Below are positions 47,780 through 57,882 of a DNA stretch of 64,000 nt, in pieces. Numbering within the stretch: the first letter of the stretch is position 1; every line of letters begins with the position of its first letter. The notes below the pieces were generated by a model, which had not been told where the DNA came from, made no database searches, and worked only from the letters and a program-made list of their open reading frames with translations. Where the stretch lies: assembly GCA_934095965.1 (NCBI GenBank), contig CAKOKR010000001.1:2047-66046 (forward strand). Reading direction: 5' to 3'. The position numbers were made by a program, and so were the translations under genes. The stretch is from an uncultured Bacilli bacterium (GTDB taxonomy: Bacteria > Bacillota_I > Bacilli_A > RF39 > UBA660).

Positions 47780-50590
47780 ATGGCAAATACAGATAAAATA
47801 ATAATTAAAGGTGCAAGAGAAAATAACCTTAAAAATGTTGATATTGAAATACCTAAAAATAAGCTAGTTGTTATGACTGGTGTTTCAGGTAGTGGAAAAA
47901 GTAGTTTAGCATTTGATACAATTTATGCAGAAGGACAAAGAAGATATGTTGAAAGCTTGTCAGCCTATGCAAGACAATTTATTGGTGTAAATGATAAACC
48001 TGATGTTGATTCAATCGAAGGATTAAGTCCATCAATATCTATAGATCAAAAATCAACTAATAAAAATCCTCGTTCAACAGTTGGGACAATAACAGAAATA
48101 TATGATTATTTGAGACTACTATTTGCAAGAATAGGTCATCCTTATTGTCCAAATCATCATATACCTATAAAATCACAAAGTATAGAAGAAATGACTAACA
48201 AAGTTATGGAATATAAGGGCAAAAATGTAACAATTTTGGCTCCGGTTGTGCATGGAGAAAAAGGAACTCATAAAGATTTATTTGATGAACTAAGAAAAGA
48301 AGGATATTCTAAGGTTAGAGTAAATGGAAAAAATATGAGTCTAAATGAAGAAATAACTTTAGAAAAAAATATTAAAGATAATATAGATATAATAATGGAC
48401 AAAATAACCGTTGATGATGAAGAATATGGAAGAATATTTGAAGCAATCGAAGCAAGTACCAAAAAAGCAGATGGTAAAGTTGTTTTACTTGTAGATGATG
48501 AAGAAATTTTTATGAGTGAAAAGTATGCATGTAAGATATGTAATTATTCAATACCTGAACTAGAACCAAGACTATTTTCATTTAACGCACCATATGGAGC
48601 ATGTGAAGAATGTAAAGGGTTAGGTACAAAACTACATATAAGTAAAGAATTATTAATACCAAACCCAGATAAATCAATTATTGAAGGAGCAATAACTGCT
48701 TTAAGCATGGATTCAAATACATATTTTACTCAAATTGAAGCTGTTTGCAATAGATATGGCATTAACATGTATGAACCAGTAAAAAATATACCAGAAGAAA
48801 AATTTAACTACATATTATATGGAACAAATGAAATATTAGAATACAATTACGTATCTAAAAATGGAAGTACAAGACATACATCAGGTCCATATGAAGGAGT
48901 AATACCTGCCTTAGAAAGACGATATGTTGAAACTAAAAGTGGATGGATAAGAGATTGGTTGCAAGGATACATGGTAGAAACAGAATGTCCTGTATGTAAA
49001 GGTAAAAGATTACAAAAATCAGTATTATCTATATATATTAATGATAAGAATATTTTTGATATGACCGATATGTCAATCGGAGATTTATTAGACTTTGTTA
49101 AAAAAATTAACTTAACAAATGAAGAAAAAGAAATAAGTAGTTTAATACTAAAAGAAATTATATCAAGATTAGAGTTTTTAAATAATGTTGGTTTATCATA
49201 TTTAACTTTAACTCGTAGTGCTGGAACACTATCAGGTGGAGAAGCCCAACGTATAAGGTTAGCAACTCAAATTGGATCTAAATTATCCGGAGTATTATAT
49301 GTTTTAGATGAACCAAGTATTGGACTTCACCAAAAAGATAATGAAAGACTTATTAATTCTTTAAAAGAAATGCGTGATTTAGGAAACTCACTAATAGTAG
49401 TAGAACATGATACTGATACAATGCTTGCAGCAGACTTTCTAGTTGATGTTGGTCCAGGTGCTGGTGAATACGGTGGACAAATAATGGCTGCAGGAACACC
49501 TGAAGAAGTAATGAAAAATCCAAATAGTTTAACTGGAAAATATTTAAGTGGAGAACTTCAAATTGAAGTACCAAAAGTAAGAAGAAAAGGAAATGGTAAA
49601 AAAATCAGCATCAAAGGTGCTAAAGAAAATAATTTAAAAAATGTAAATGTTGATATACCATTAAATAAATTAGTAGTTGTAACAGGTGTATCAGGTTCAG
49701 GTAAATCTTCTCTTATAAATGAGGTATTATATAAAAAAATAGCTAATGAATTATATCGAAGCAAAGTAGTACCAGGTAAATGCAAGGAAATTATAGGTCT
49801 TGAAAATATTGATAAAGTTATTCAAATAACTCAAGATGCAATTGGTAGAACTCCAAGAAGTAATCCCGCAACATATGTCGGAGTATTTGATGATATTCGT
49901 GATTTATTTGCAGAAACTAAAGAAGCAAAGATGCGTGGTTATGACAAAGGTCGTTTTTCATTCAATGTTAAAGGTGGAAGATGTGAAAATTGTTGGGGTG
50001 ATGGAGTTAAGAAAATTGAAATGCATTTCTTAGCAGATGTATATGTTCCATGTGATGTATGTAAAGGAAGAAGATACAATAGAGAAACTCTAGAAATAAA
50101 ATATAAAGGCAAAAACATTAGTGAAGTCTTAGATATGAGAGTTAGTGAAGCTTTAGAATTTTTTCAAAATGTACCTAAGATATATAATAAATTAAAGGTT
50201 ATGATGGATGTAGGTCTTTCATACATTAAATTAGGTCAATCAGCACCGACATTATCAGGTGGAGAAGCTGGACGTGTAAAACTTGCAAAAGAATTACAAA
50301 AGAAAGCAACAGGTAAATCATTATTTATATTAGATGAACCAACAACGGGTCTTCATTCAGATGATATTAAAAAATTATTAGTAATACTAAATCGTATTGT
50401 TGATAATGGTGATACTGTTATCGTTATTGAACACAATCTAGATGTTATAAAGGTAGCAGATTATATAATTGACTTAGGTCCAGATGGAGGAAAAAATGGT
50501 GGAAAAGTAATTGCTTTAGGTACACCTGAAGAAGTTGCAAAAAATAAAAAATCTTATACTGGAGAATTCTTGGCAAAAATACTAAAATAA
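47780..50590 (+). CDS. uvrA: Excinuclease ABC subunit A
   Basis: Two ABC modules (GVSGSGKSSLAFDT / GVSGSGKSSLINEV). Zn-finger Cys pairs. LSGGEAQRIRLA signature. 939 aa. Confidence 0.95.
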   Translation: MANTDKIIIKGARENNLKNVDIEIPKNKLVVMTGVSGSGKSSLAFDTIYAEGQRRYVESLSAYARQFIGVNDKPDVDSIEGLSPSISIDQKSTNKNPRSTVGTITEIYDYLRLLFARIGHPYCPNHHIPIKSQSIEEMTNKVMEYKGKNVTILAPVVHGEKGTHKDLFDELRKEGYSKVRVNGKNMSLNEEITLEKNIKDNIDIIMDKITVDDEEYGRIFEAIEASTKKADGKVVLLVDDEEIFMSEKYACKICNYSIPELEPRLFSFNAPYGACEECKGLGTKLHISKELLIPNPDKSIIEGAITALSMDSNTYFTQIEAVCNRYGINMYEPVKNIPEEKFNYILYGTNEILEYNYVSKNGSTRHTSGPYEGVIPALERRYVETKSGWIRDWLQGYMVETECPVCKGKRLQKSVLSIYINDKNIFDMTDMSIGDLLDFVKKINLTNEEKEISSLILKEIISRLEFLNNVGLSYLTLTRSAGTLSGGEAQRIRLATQIGSKLSGVLYVLDEPSIGLHQKDNERLINSLKEMRDLGNSLIVVEHDTDTMLAADFLVDVGPGAGEYGGQIMAAGTPEEVMKNPNSLTGKYLSGELQIEVPKVRRKGNGKKISIKGAKENNLKNVNVDIPLNKLVVVTGVSGSGKSSLINEVLYKKIANELYRSKVVPGKCKEIIGLENIDKVIQITQDAIGRTPRSNPATYVGVFDDIRDLFAETKEAKMRGYDKGRFSFNVKGGRCENCWGDGVKKIEMHFLADVYVPCDVCKGRRYNRETLEIKYKGKNISEVLDMRVSEALEFFQNVPKIYNKLKVMMDVGLSYIKLGQSAPTLSGGEAGRVKLAKELQKKATGKSLFILDEPTTGLHSDDIKKLLVILNRIVDNGDTVIVIEHNLDVIKVADYIIDLGPDGGKNGGKVIALGTPEEVAKNKKSYTGEFLAKILK

Positions 50591-50617
50591 TGTTATAATA
50601 TTTGTGGAGAGTGAAAC

Positions 50618-51427
50618 ATGAATAGATATATTTTTACAATAGGTAATTTTAAAGTTGAGTGGTACTCAGTACTTATCATTATCGGGGTTATGATTGGTTT
50701 AACAATGGTTATGAAAGAAGCAAAAAGGTATAAATATCCAACAGAATTTGTTTTTAACATGTGTTTCTGGGCAATAATTGCAGGAATCATCGGAGCAAGA
50801 ATATATTACGTATTATTTAATTTAAATTTATATGATAATTTCTGGGATGTATTTAAAATCTGGGAAGGTGGTCTTGCAATTCATGGTGGATTAATTGCTG
50901 GATTAATTGTAATAATTTTATATTGTAAAAAATATAATGCTAGAGCCATAAGATTTATAGATTTTTTAGTTCCAGCATTATTACTTGCTCAAGCAATAGG
51001 TAGATGGGGTAATTTCTTTAATAGTGAAGCACATGGAGCAGCGACTACTCTTGAACATTTACAAAGTTTACATATTCCAGATTTTATCATTCAAGGAATG
51101 AATATCGGAGGAATATATTATACACCGACATTCCTATATGAATCTCTATGGTGCATACTTGGATTTATAATTATCTTAATAGCACGTCGTTTGAAATATA
51201 CTAAAGTCGGTCAACCATTTGCATTATATTTAATGTGGTATGGACTAGGTAGGTTCATAATTGAAAGTATGAGAACAGATTCATTAATGCTTGGAGGATT
51301 TAAAATAGCTCAAATAATTTCTGTATTAATGATAGTAGTTGGGTTAATAATAATAATGATAACTGGAAGAAAAGGAAAATTTGAAGATTTATATAATCAA
51401 GATGAAAATGAAGTAATAAGATTTTAA
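50618..51427 (+). CDS. lgt: Prolipoprotein diacylglyceryl transferase
   Basis: GRWGNFFNSEAHG signature. 7-TM. Confidence 0.9.
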   Translation: MNRYIFTIGNFKVEWYSVLIIIGVMIGLTMVMKEAKRYKYPTEFVFNMCFWAIIAGIIGARIYYVLFNLNLYDNFWDVFKIWEGGLAIHGGLIAGLIVIILYCKKYNARAIRFIDFLVPALLLAQAIGRWGNFFNSEAHGAATTLEHLQSLHIPDFIIQGMNIGGIYYTPTFLYESLWCILGFIIILIARRLKYTKVGQPFALYLMWYGLGRFIIESMRTDSLMLGGFKIAQIISVLMIVVGLIIIMITGRKGKFEDLYNQDENEVIRF

Positions 51428-51439
51428 TGGGGTGATGTT

Positions 51440-52321
51440 ATGTATGACATTATAATAATAGGAATGGGTATTAGTGGAATTACTGCGGGTATCTATGCAA
51501 AAAGAAGTAACAAAAAAGTACTTTTAATTGATAAAGGTATGGTTGGTGGTTTACTAAATAATATAGATAAGGTTAGTAATTATCCAGGGTTAATAAATAT
51601 TGAAGGACCAGAATTTGCAGCAATACTTGAAAGTCAAATCAAAGAGTTAAATATTCCATACACATTTGAAGAAGTTAAATCACTTGATTTAGATAGCAAA
51701 GTAAAAAAAGTAATAACAGATAAAAATACTTATGAAACAAAGAAAGTTATTTTGGCAATGGGAAGAAAACCTAAATTTCTGGGTCTTAAGGAAGAACAAG
51801 GTTTACTTGGTAAGGGTTTATCAACATGTGCAATGTGTGATGCATTCTTTTATAAAGATAAAGATATAGCAGTTGTTGGTACTGGTAATAGTGCTCTTGA
51901 AGAAGCTTTATATTTGTCAAATATTGTAAATCACATATATTTAATAAACAGAAGAGATGGTTTTCGAGGTGAAGCTTCATTAGTAGAACAAGTTAAAAAT
52001 AACAGTAAAATAGAAATAATTTATAACAGTAATATAAAGAAAATAAATACTGAAGAAGAAAAAATTTCATCAATTATATTAGATAGTGGAAAATCTATTA
52101 ATGTATCCGGAGTATTTATTTATGTAGGATATAGACCTGCAACAGAATTTATAGAAAGCAATATTCTAGATAATGAAGGATATGTTATAGTAAATGAAAA
52201 ATTAGAAACTAAAATAAAAGGTGTGTATGCAATCGGTGATATTATTAAAAAAGATACATATCAACTTATAACCGCAGCAAGCGATGGAGCCAGAGTTATT
52301 ACAAATATGAAACAGGATTAA
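51440..52321 (+). CDS. trxB: Thioredoxin-disulfide reductase-like FAD/NAD(P) oxidoreductase
   Basis: GxGxxG IIGMGISG. Redox-active CAMCD. Second nucleotide-binding site VVGTGNSALEEA. Confidence 0.75.
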   Translation: MYDIIIIGMGISGITAGIYAKRSNKKVLLIDKGMVGGLLNNIDKVSNYPGLINIEGPEFAAILESQIKELNIPYTFEEVKSLDLDSKVKKVITDKNTYETKKVILAMGRKPKFLGLKEEQGLLGKGLSTCAMCDAFFYKDKDIAVVGTGNSALEEALYLSNIVNHIYLINRRDGFRGEASLVEQVKNNSKIEIIYNSNIKKINTEEEKISSIILDSGKSINVSGVFIYVGYRPATEFIESNILDNEGYVIVNEKLETKIKGVYAIGDIIKKDTYQLITAASDGARVITNMKQD

Positions 52322-52374
52322 AATCTTGTTTTTTTAATGCCTATTATGGTAAAATATTTATGAGGGAGATTACT

Positions 52375-53994
52375 ATGAAGAAAGAACCGTTTTTAACATT
52401 TCTAGGTTTACTAATTATTCTATCACTTTGCTTACTTGGGCTAAAGGTATATGAAGATTATACAAAAAAAAATATCAAAGTAATCTTACCAGTTCAAGAG
52501 TATACACTAAATAGTGATGGTTATGAAAAAGTAAATGAAGTAGTAACTAATGAATATATTTATATCTTATATCATAGTGGTAACTCTTATCTTTTAAGAG
52601 AGTTAAATACCCAAAATTCAAATGACGAAGAATATAAATATACAACAGATGCCAGTTGCAAACTTCAAAATGAAGGTGGAATTCCTTATATAGTGTGTAA
52701 AAATGAATCAAGTATAAAAACTTATGATATATATTTTAATCTAATAAATGAAGCAAATACAACAAGTGATTATGATTATGCCTTAAATTATAATATATAT
52801 CAAAGTAACAATACAGAATATCCTATTGTTATGACATCTTCTTGCAAAGAGACTTGCTTACTTGTTAGAAAAAATGAAATATTAAATAAAATAAGTTTAT
52901 ATGAAGATAGTAATTTAAAAGAAATTAATATAAAGAAATATAGTCAATATGAAAGTGGAATAATTACTTATACTAATAACAAAATTAAAGTGTATAATAT
53001 AAAAAATAATGATTATAAAGAATTTTCATCACCGAAGGATGATATTGAAAGCAAAATAATTATGGTAAGTAATAGTTATAATCTATATATATTAAATGAT
53101 AAAGAAATAAGTATATATAACCTATATAACAAGAGTAATCTAAAAAACATAGACTTATTTAAAGTAAAAGAAAAAGTAAATAACATGCATATGTCTTTGA
53201 CAAATCTATATCTATTAACAGATAATTACATATATATTTACGATTTATCAAGTATAGAAAAAACTGATATTGACACCGCAAGTAGTTATGAAAATATATT
53301 AATTAACAATAAAATAAAATATTTAAAGAACAACTATAATGTAACAATTAGTTTTGATGTAGATAATGGATTACATAGCGATTATGAGATTAGTAAATTA
53401 ACAAATTATAATGATATAGTAAATGCCTTAAGCTATGTTGAAGATTATTTTTTGATGTTTAATAAAGAATTCTTTTCAAGATTCTATGAAATGGATATGA
53501 ATGGTCTAAAGATTTATTTAGCAAGTGACATAAAGGGAAGCAAAGACGGATATAACTTAACTGATGTAGTAGGTTTATCTTATCAAAAGAATAATACATA
53601 CATTATTGTTGCCAAAGCAAATAATAGCATACTTAAGGTTCTTGCTCATGAAACAATGCATACGATAGATAATTATTTAATACTAAATGGTTATACATAC
53701 GATGCATGGAGTTCCTTAAATAATTATGGTTTTTCATATTCACACAAGTATTATATTAATGAAACATATAATGATACATTAAGTAATTATGAAGATAATA
53801 ATGATGTATATTTCGTAGATGCATATGGAAGAAGTAGTGAGAAAGAAGATAGAGCCAGAATATTTGAACAAATATGTCTAGGAAAAGATTTAAGTGAGTA
53901 TCCAAACCTTTATAATAAGGAAAAATATTTAAAAAATGAAATAACAAATTATTTTCCAGAGATAAGTTACATAAAAAACTTTCAAAATAATTAA
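52375..53994 (+). CDS. Membrane-anchored or lipoprotein-like protein with an HExxH motif (putative Zn metalloprotease)
   Basis: N-terminal hydrophobic segment FLTFLGLLIILSLCLLGL. VLAHETMHTIDNY contains HETMH. The start at 52375 follows GAGGGAG. Confidence 0.45.
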   Translation: MKKEPFLTFLGLLIILSLCLLGLKVYEDYTKKNIKVILPVQEYTLNSDGYEKVNEVVTNEYIYILYHSGNSYLLRELNTQNSNDEEYKYTTDASCKLQNEGGIPYIVCKNESSIKTYDIYFNLINEANTTSDYDYALNYNIYQSNNTEYPIVMTSSCKETCLLVRKNEILNKISLYEDSNLKEINIKKYSQYESGIITYTNNKIKVYNIKNNDYKEFSSPKDDIESKIIMVSNSYNLYILNDKEISIYNLYNKSNLKNIDLFKVKEKVNNMHMSLTNLYLLTDNYIYIYDLSSIEKTDIDTASSYENILINNKIKYLKNNYNVTISFDVDNGLHSDYEISKLTNYNDIVNALSYVEDYFLMFNKEFFSRFYEMDMNGLKIYLASDIKGSKDGYNLTDVVGLSYQKNNTYIIVAKANNSILKVLAHETMHTIDNYLILNGYTYDAWSSLNNYGFSYSHKYYINETYNDTLSNYEDNNDVYFVDAYGRSSEKEDRARIFEQICLGKDLSEYPNLYNKEKYLKNEITNYFPEISYIKNFQNN

Positions 53995-54032
53995 TAAAAG
54001 TTAGCAAATTATAAAAATTTACTTGACTTTTA

Positions 54033-54061
54033 ATATATACTTAGTCTATATTATAGGTGGA
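54033..54061 (+). promoter_or_regulatory. Promoter (TTGACT - ~17 nt - TATATT) upstream of mazE
   Basis: acTTGACTtttaatatatacttagtcTATATTatagg. Confidence 0.45.
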
Positions 54062-54070
54062 GGGATATAT

Positions 54071-54313
54071 ATGGGATACAAAGTTCAAAAATGGGGCAAT
54101 TCCAATGGAATAAGAATACCAAAAGTTTTTTTAGACGCTCTAAATCTTAAATCAGGAGATTCGGTAAGTATGGTAAGAGAGGAGGACAAAATAATAATCA
54201 AAAAGATTGCAAGACCAAGAGTTTCATTAAAACAAAGAATCAAAGATTATGAAGGTCCTAATGAATGTGATGAATTTACTTGGGACGAAGCAAAGGGGAA
54301 AGAGTTATGGTAA
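54071..54313 (+). CDS. mazE: Type II antitoxin, MazE/PemI (AbrB/SpoVT fold)
   Basis: MGYKVQKWGNSNGIRIPK. RBS GGTGGAGGGatatatATG. Overlaps the mazF start. Confidence 0.75.
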   Translation: MGYKVQKWGNSNGIRIPKVFLDALNLKSGDSVSMVREEDKIIIKKIARPRVSLKQRIKDYEGPNECDEFTWDEAKGKELW

Positions 54314-54648
54314 ATTATGTACCGCAAGAAAGAGATATAGTATACATTAATTTTAGTCCAATAAAAGGACACGAGCAAAAGGGAGTTAGACCAGCATTGG
54401 TACTTAGCAACAGATTATTTAATCAATTTACAAACATGGTAGTGTTATGTCCAATAAGTACAAACAATAAGACATTTCCAACCCATTATCAATTCAAGAG
54501 TTTAAAAAAAATAAGTGGTTCAGCATTATGTGAACATTTAAGAAGTGTTGATTTTAAAGAAAGACACATCGATTTTATTGAAAAATGTAGTAAAGAAGAC
54601 TACGACGAAGTCATTGAACTAGTTAAATGTTTCTTTGACGGTAATTAA
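54307..54648 (+). CDS. mazF: Type II toxin, MazF/PemK family mRNA interferase
   Basis: PQERDIVYINFSPIKGHEQKGVRPALVLS...VVLCPIST. Confidence 0.8.
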   Translation: MVNYVPQERDIVYINFSPIKGHEQKGVRPALVLSNRLFNQFTNMVVLCPISTNNKTFPTHYQFKSLKKISGSALCEHLRSVDFKERHIDFIEKCSKEDYDEVIELVKCFFDGN

Positions 54649-54662
54649 GAGGGAGAATTAAT

Positions 54663-56081
54663 ATGAAAGTAAGAACACGTTATGCACCAAGTCCTACTGG
54701 ATACATGCATATAGGAAATTTAAGAACAGCAATATTTGAATATTTATTAGCAAAAAAATATAATGGAGATTTTATTTTAAGAATCGAAGATACTGATCAA
54801 GAACGTCAAGTTGAAGGAGCTATAGATTTTATTTATAACACTCTAGATATTTGTGGCTTCAAAATTGATGAAGGTCCAAACAACGAAAAAGGATATGGAC
54901 CATATATCCAAAGCGAAAGAAAAGATATTTATAAAGAATATGCTTTAAAACTAGTAGAAATGGGTAAAGCTTATTATTGCTTTTGTAGCGAAGAAGAACT
55001 TGCAAACATGCGTGCAAGAGCTGACGAACGTAAAAAACCATTTTTATATGATGGAAGATGTTCACGTTTAAGTAAAGAAAAAATTGAAGAAAATTTAAAA
55101 AATGGTGTCCCATATGTTATTAGACAAAAAATGCCTAAAACAGGAGAAACTTTAGTAGAAGATGTAATTTATGGTAAGATTAAAATAGACAATAGTATTT
55201 TAGATGATCAAATTTTATTAAAAAGTGATGGATTTCCAACATATAATTTTGCCAATGTAATAGATGACCATTTAATGGAAATAACTCATGTTATACGTGG
55301 TAAGGAATATTTAGATCAAACTGCAAAATATAATTTATTATATGAAGCATTTGGCTGGGAAAAACCTACATATATTCACGTAGCAATGGTTTTAGGAGAA
55401 GATGGAAACAAACTATCTAAGCGTAATGGTGATGCATCATTCATGGACTTATACAATCAAGGATATTTACCAAGTGCAGTTGTAAACTATTTAGTATTAC
55501 TTGGATGGAGTCCAGAAAATAATCAAGAAATATTTACAATGGAAGAGTTAATTAAAAATTTCAATGAAACAAGAATAAGTAAATCATCTAGTCAATATGA
55601 TGTAAAGAAACTACAATGGTTTAATCATCATTATATAAATAACATGAGTGATGAAGATTACCTAAATTGGATTAAAAAATATTTTAAAAATGATTGCACA
55701 GGAAAGAGTGAAGAATGGATTAACAGATTACTTCTTATCTACAAGAGTCATTTAAATTATGGAAATGAAATAAATGAATTAACAAAAAAATTCTTTGACA
55801 CAAACTTTGAAATTGAACCAGATGCTGAAGAATTTATGAATAGTGATCCACAAACAAAAGAAGTTGTAAAAGTTTTCAAAGAATGTATTGAAAACACAAC
55901 TGACTGGACAGTTGATACACTTGCAAACGTCATAAATGAAGTAAAAGAAAAAGCTGGTGTAAAAGGAAAAATGTTATACATGCCAATAAGAATAGCTGCA
56001 AGTGGAATAATGCATGGACCAGAACTAGCAGATACATTATACTTAATTGGTAAAGATGAAATATTAAGAAGGATTAAATAA
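54663..56081 (+). CDS. gltX: Glutamate--tRNA ligase
   Basis: HIGN motif (PTGYMHIGNLRTA). KLSKRNG (KMSKS). Confidence 0.95.
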   Translation: MKVRTRYAPSPTGYMHIGNLRTAIFEYLLAKKYNGDFILRIEDTDQERQVEGAIDFIYNTLDICGFKIDEGPNNEKGYGPYIQSERKDIYKEYALKLVEMGKAYYCFCSEEELANMRARADERKKPFLYDGRCSRLSKEKIEENLKNGVPYVIRQKMPKTGETLVEDVIYGKIKIDNSILDDQILLKSDGFPTYNFANVIDDHLMEITHVIRGKEYLDQTAKYNLLYEAFGWEKPTYIHVAMVLGEDGNKLSKRNGDASFMDLYNQGYLPSAVVNYLVLLGWSPENNQEIFTMEELIKNFNETRISKSSSQYDVKKLQWFNHHYINNMSDEDYLNWIKKYFKNDCTGKSEEWINRLLLIYKSHLNYGNEINELTKKFFDTNFEIEPDAEEFMNSDPQTKEVVKVFKECIENTTDWTVDTLANVINEVKEKAGVKGKMLYMPIRIAASGIMHGPELADTLYLIGKDEILRRIK

Positions 56082-56482
56082 TGAAATTTAGAATAGGTTG
56101 GCTAGTAGTACTAGGATTATTTATAGCTGTAGGAATTTATGTTTATAATTTTTTCTATGGCGGAGATAAAGTGTATAGTTATTTCGACCGAGACTTTACA
56201 TTAAAAGTCGGAGACTATGCCAAAGTAAATGAAGAAGTATATGTAAAGTTAGAAAAAATAACTGACAATAGATGTAAAGAAGAAAACTGTGAAAGAGAAG
56301 GAGAGCAAGTAGCTCAAGTAATGGTTATAAATGACCATAGAATTAGAAGATTGGAACTTGGAACTCTAGCAGAATATAAGCAAAAGGTTGAAAAAACAGA
56401 CTATACAATAATACTAAAAGGTATAAATGAACAAAACGAAGCAACATTTATGTTAACAACAAATGAAGATATCAATTACTAA
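56081..56482 (+). CDS. Small N-terminally anchored protein (hypothetical)
   Basis: TM WLVVLGLFIAVGIYVY. Sits between gltX and cysS. Confidence 0.45.
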   Translation: MKFRIGWLVVLGLFIAVGIYVYNFFYGGDKVYSYFDRDFTLKVGDYAKVNEEVYVKLEKITDNRCKEENCEREGEQVAQVMVINDHRIRRLELGTLAEYKQKVEKTDYTIILKGINEQNEATFMLTTNEDINY

Positions 56483-56493
56483 GGAGGAAAATC

Positions 56494-57882
56494 ATGAAAA
56501 TATACAATACTCTCACAAGAAAAATTGAAGAGTTTAAACCAGTTGAAGAAGGAAAAGTTAAGATGTATACATGTGGACCAACAGTATATCATTATGCCCA
56601 CATTGGTAATATGAGAAATTATATTGGTCATGACATTTTAGAAAAAACTCTAAGATATTTAGGCTATGATGTAAAAAGAGCAATGAACATAACAGATGTA
56701 GGTCATTTAACTAGTGATTCAGATTCTGGTGATGATAAAATGGTAGCAAGTGCTAAAAAAGAACATAAAACAGTAATGGATATTGCAAGATTTTACACTG
56801 ATGCATTTTTTCATGACTTTGAACTTCTTAATAATAGAGTACCTGATATCGTAAGCCCAGCAACAGCAAATATTGATGAATATATAAAAATTATAAGTGT
56901 TCTTTTAGAAAAAGGATATGCATATGCTGCGGGTGGAAATATATATTTTGATACAACAAAATTAGATGACTATTATAAATTAACAAATCATAAAGCAGAT
57001 GAAATGGTAGTAGGTGTCCGTGAAGGAGTCGAAGAAGATAACTCAAAGAGAAATCAAAATGACTTTGTTTTATGGTTTACAAAATCTAAGTTTGAAGATC
57101 AAGAACTAAAATGGGAAAGCCCATGGGGATATGGTTATCCTGGATGGCACATTGAATGTACTGGAATAAGTATCAAATATTTAGGCGAATATTTAGACAT
57201 TCATGGTGGTGGAGTAGACAATATCTTTCCACATCACACAAATGAAATAGCTCAAAGTGAAGCATATCTTGGACACAAATGGTGTAATTATTGGTTTCAT
57301 AATGAACACTTAAATGATGAAAGTGGAAAAATGAGTAAAAGCCATGGAGCAATACTAACAGTAAGTCTTATAAAAGAAAAAGGCTATAATCCATTAAGTT
57401 TTAGATATATGTGCCTGTTAAGTCATTATCGTCGTCAATTAACATTTTCATATGACTCACTAGATGGAGCAGAAAATGCTTATAAGAAATTAAAAAATAA
57501 AACTTTAGCATTAAAATTTGAACAAGATGTAAATGAAGAAGAATTTAATCACTGGAAAAAATTATTCACAGACTGTCTTGAAGATGATTTAAATACTGCA
57601 AATGCAATCACAGTGCTTCATGATTTATTAAAAAGTGACGTATCCATGGGAACAAAATATAAACTAGTTCATAGTTTTGATGAAGTACTAAGTTTAGACT
57701 TACTTAAGCAAGAAAAAATAACGCTTCCAAATGAAGAAGAAATATTAGCAAAAATAAATCTAAGAAACGAAGCAAAGAAAAATAAAGATTATGAAACTGC
57801 AGATAAAATTAGAGAAGAACTATTAGTTCAAGGAATAGTTTTAAAAGATACCCGAGAAGGTACAATATACGAGGCTAAATAA
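56494..57882 (+). CDS. cysS: Cysteine--tRNA ligase
   Basis: HIGN (YHYAHIGNMRN). KMSKS. Zn-binding Cys. Confidence 0.95.
   Translation: MKIYNTLTRKIEEFKPVEEGKVKMYTCGPTVYHYAHIGNMRNYIGHDILEKTLRYLGYDVKRAMNITDVGHLTSDSDSGDDKMVASAKKEHKTVMDIARFYTDAFFHDFELLNNRVPDIVSPATANIDEYIKIISVLLEKGYAYAAGGNIYFDTTKLDDYYKLTNHKADEMVVGVREGVEEDNSKRNQNDFVLWFTKSKFEDQELKWESPWGYGYPGWHIECTGISIKYLGEYLDIHGGGVDNIFPHHTNEIAQSEAYLGHKWCNYWFHNEHLNDESGKMSKSHGAILTVSLIKEKGYNPLSFRYMCLLSHYRRQLTFSYDSLDGAENAYKKLKNKTLALKFEQDVNEEEFNHWKKLFTDCLEDDLNTANAITVLHDLLKSDVSMGTKYKLVHSFDEVLSLDLLKQEKITLPNEEEILAKINLRNEAKKNKDYETADKIREELLVQGIVLKDTREGTIYEAK

Noticed and set aside
47584-47796. 70-aa ORF upstream of and overlapping the uvrA start
   Set aside because: It spans the uvrA promoter and RBS. 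It has no RBS of its own. uvrA clearly starts at 47780 after AGAGGTG.
50593-50790. 65-aa minus-strand ORF overlapping the lgt start
   Set aside because: It is antisense to a conserved gene and has no RBS.
54649-56493. T-box riboswitch leaders upstream of gltX or cysS
   Set aside because: The intergenic gaps are only 14 and 11 nt, which leaves no room for a leader.
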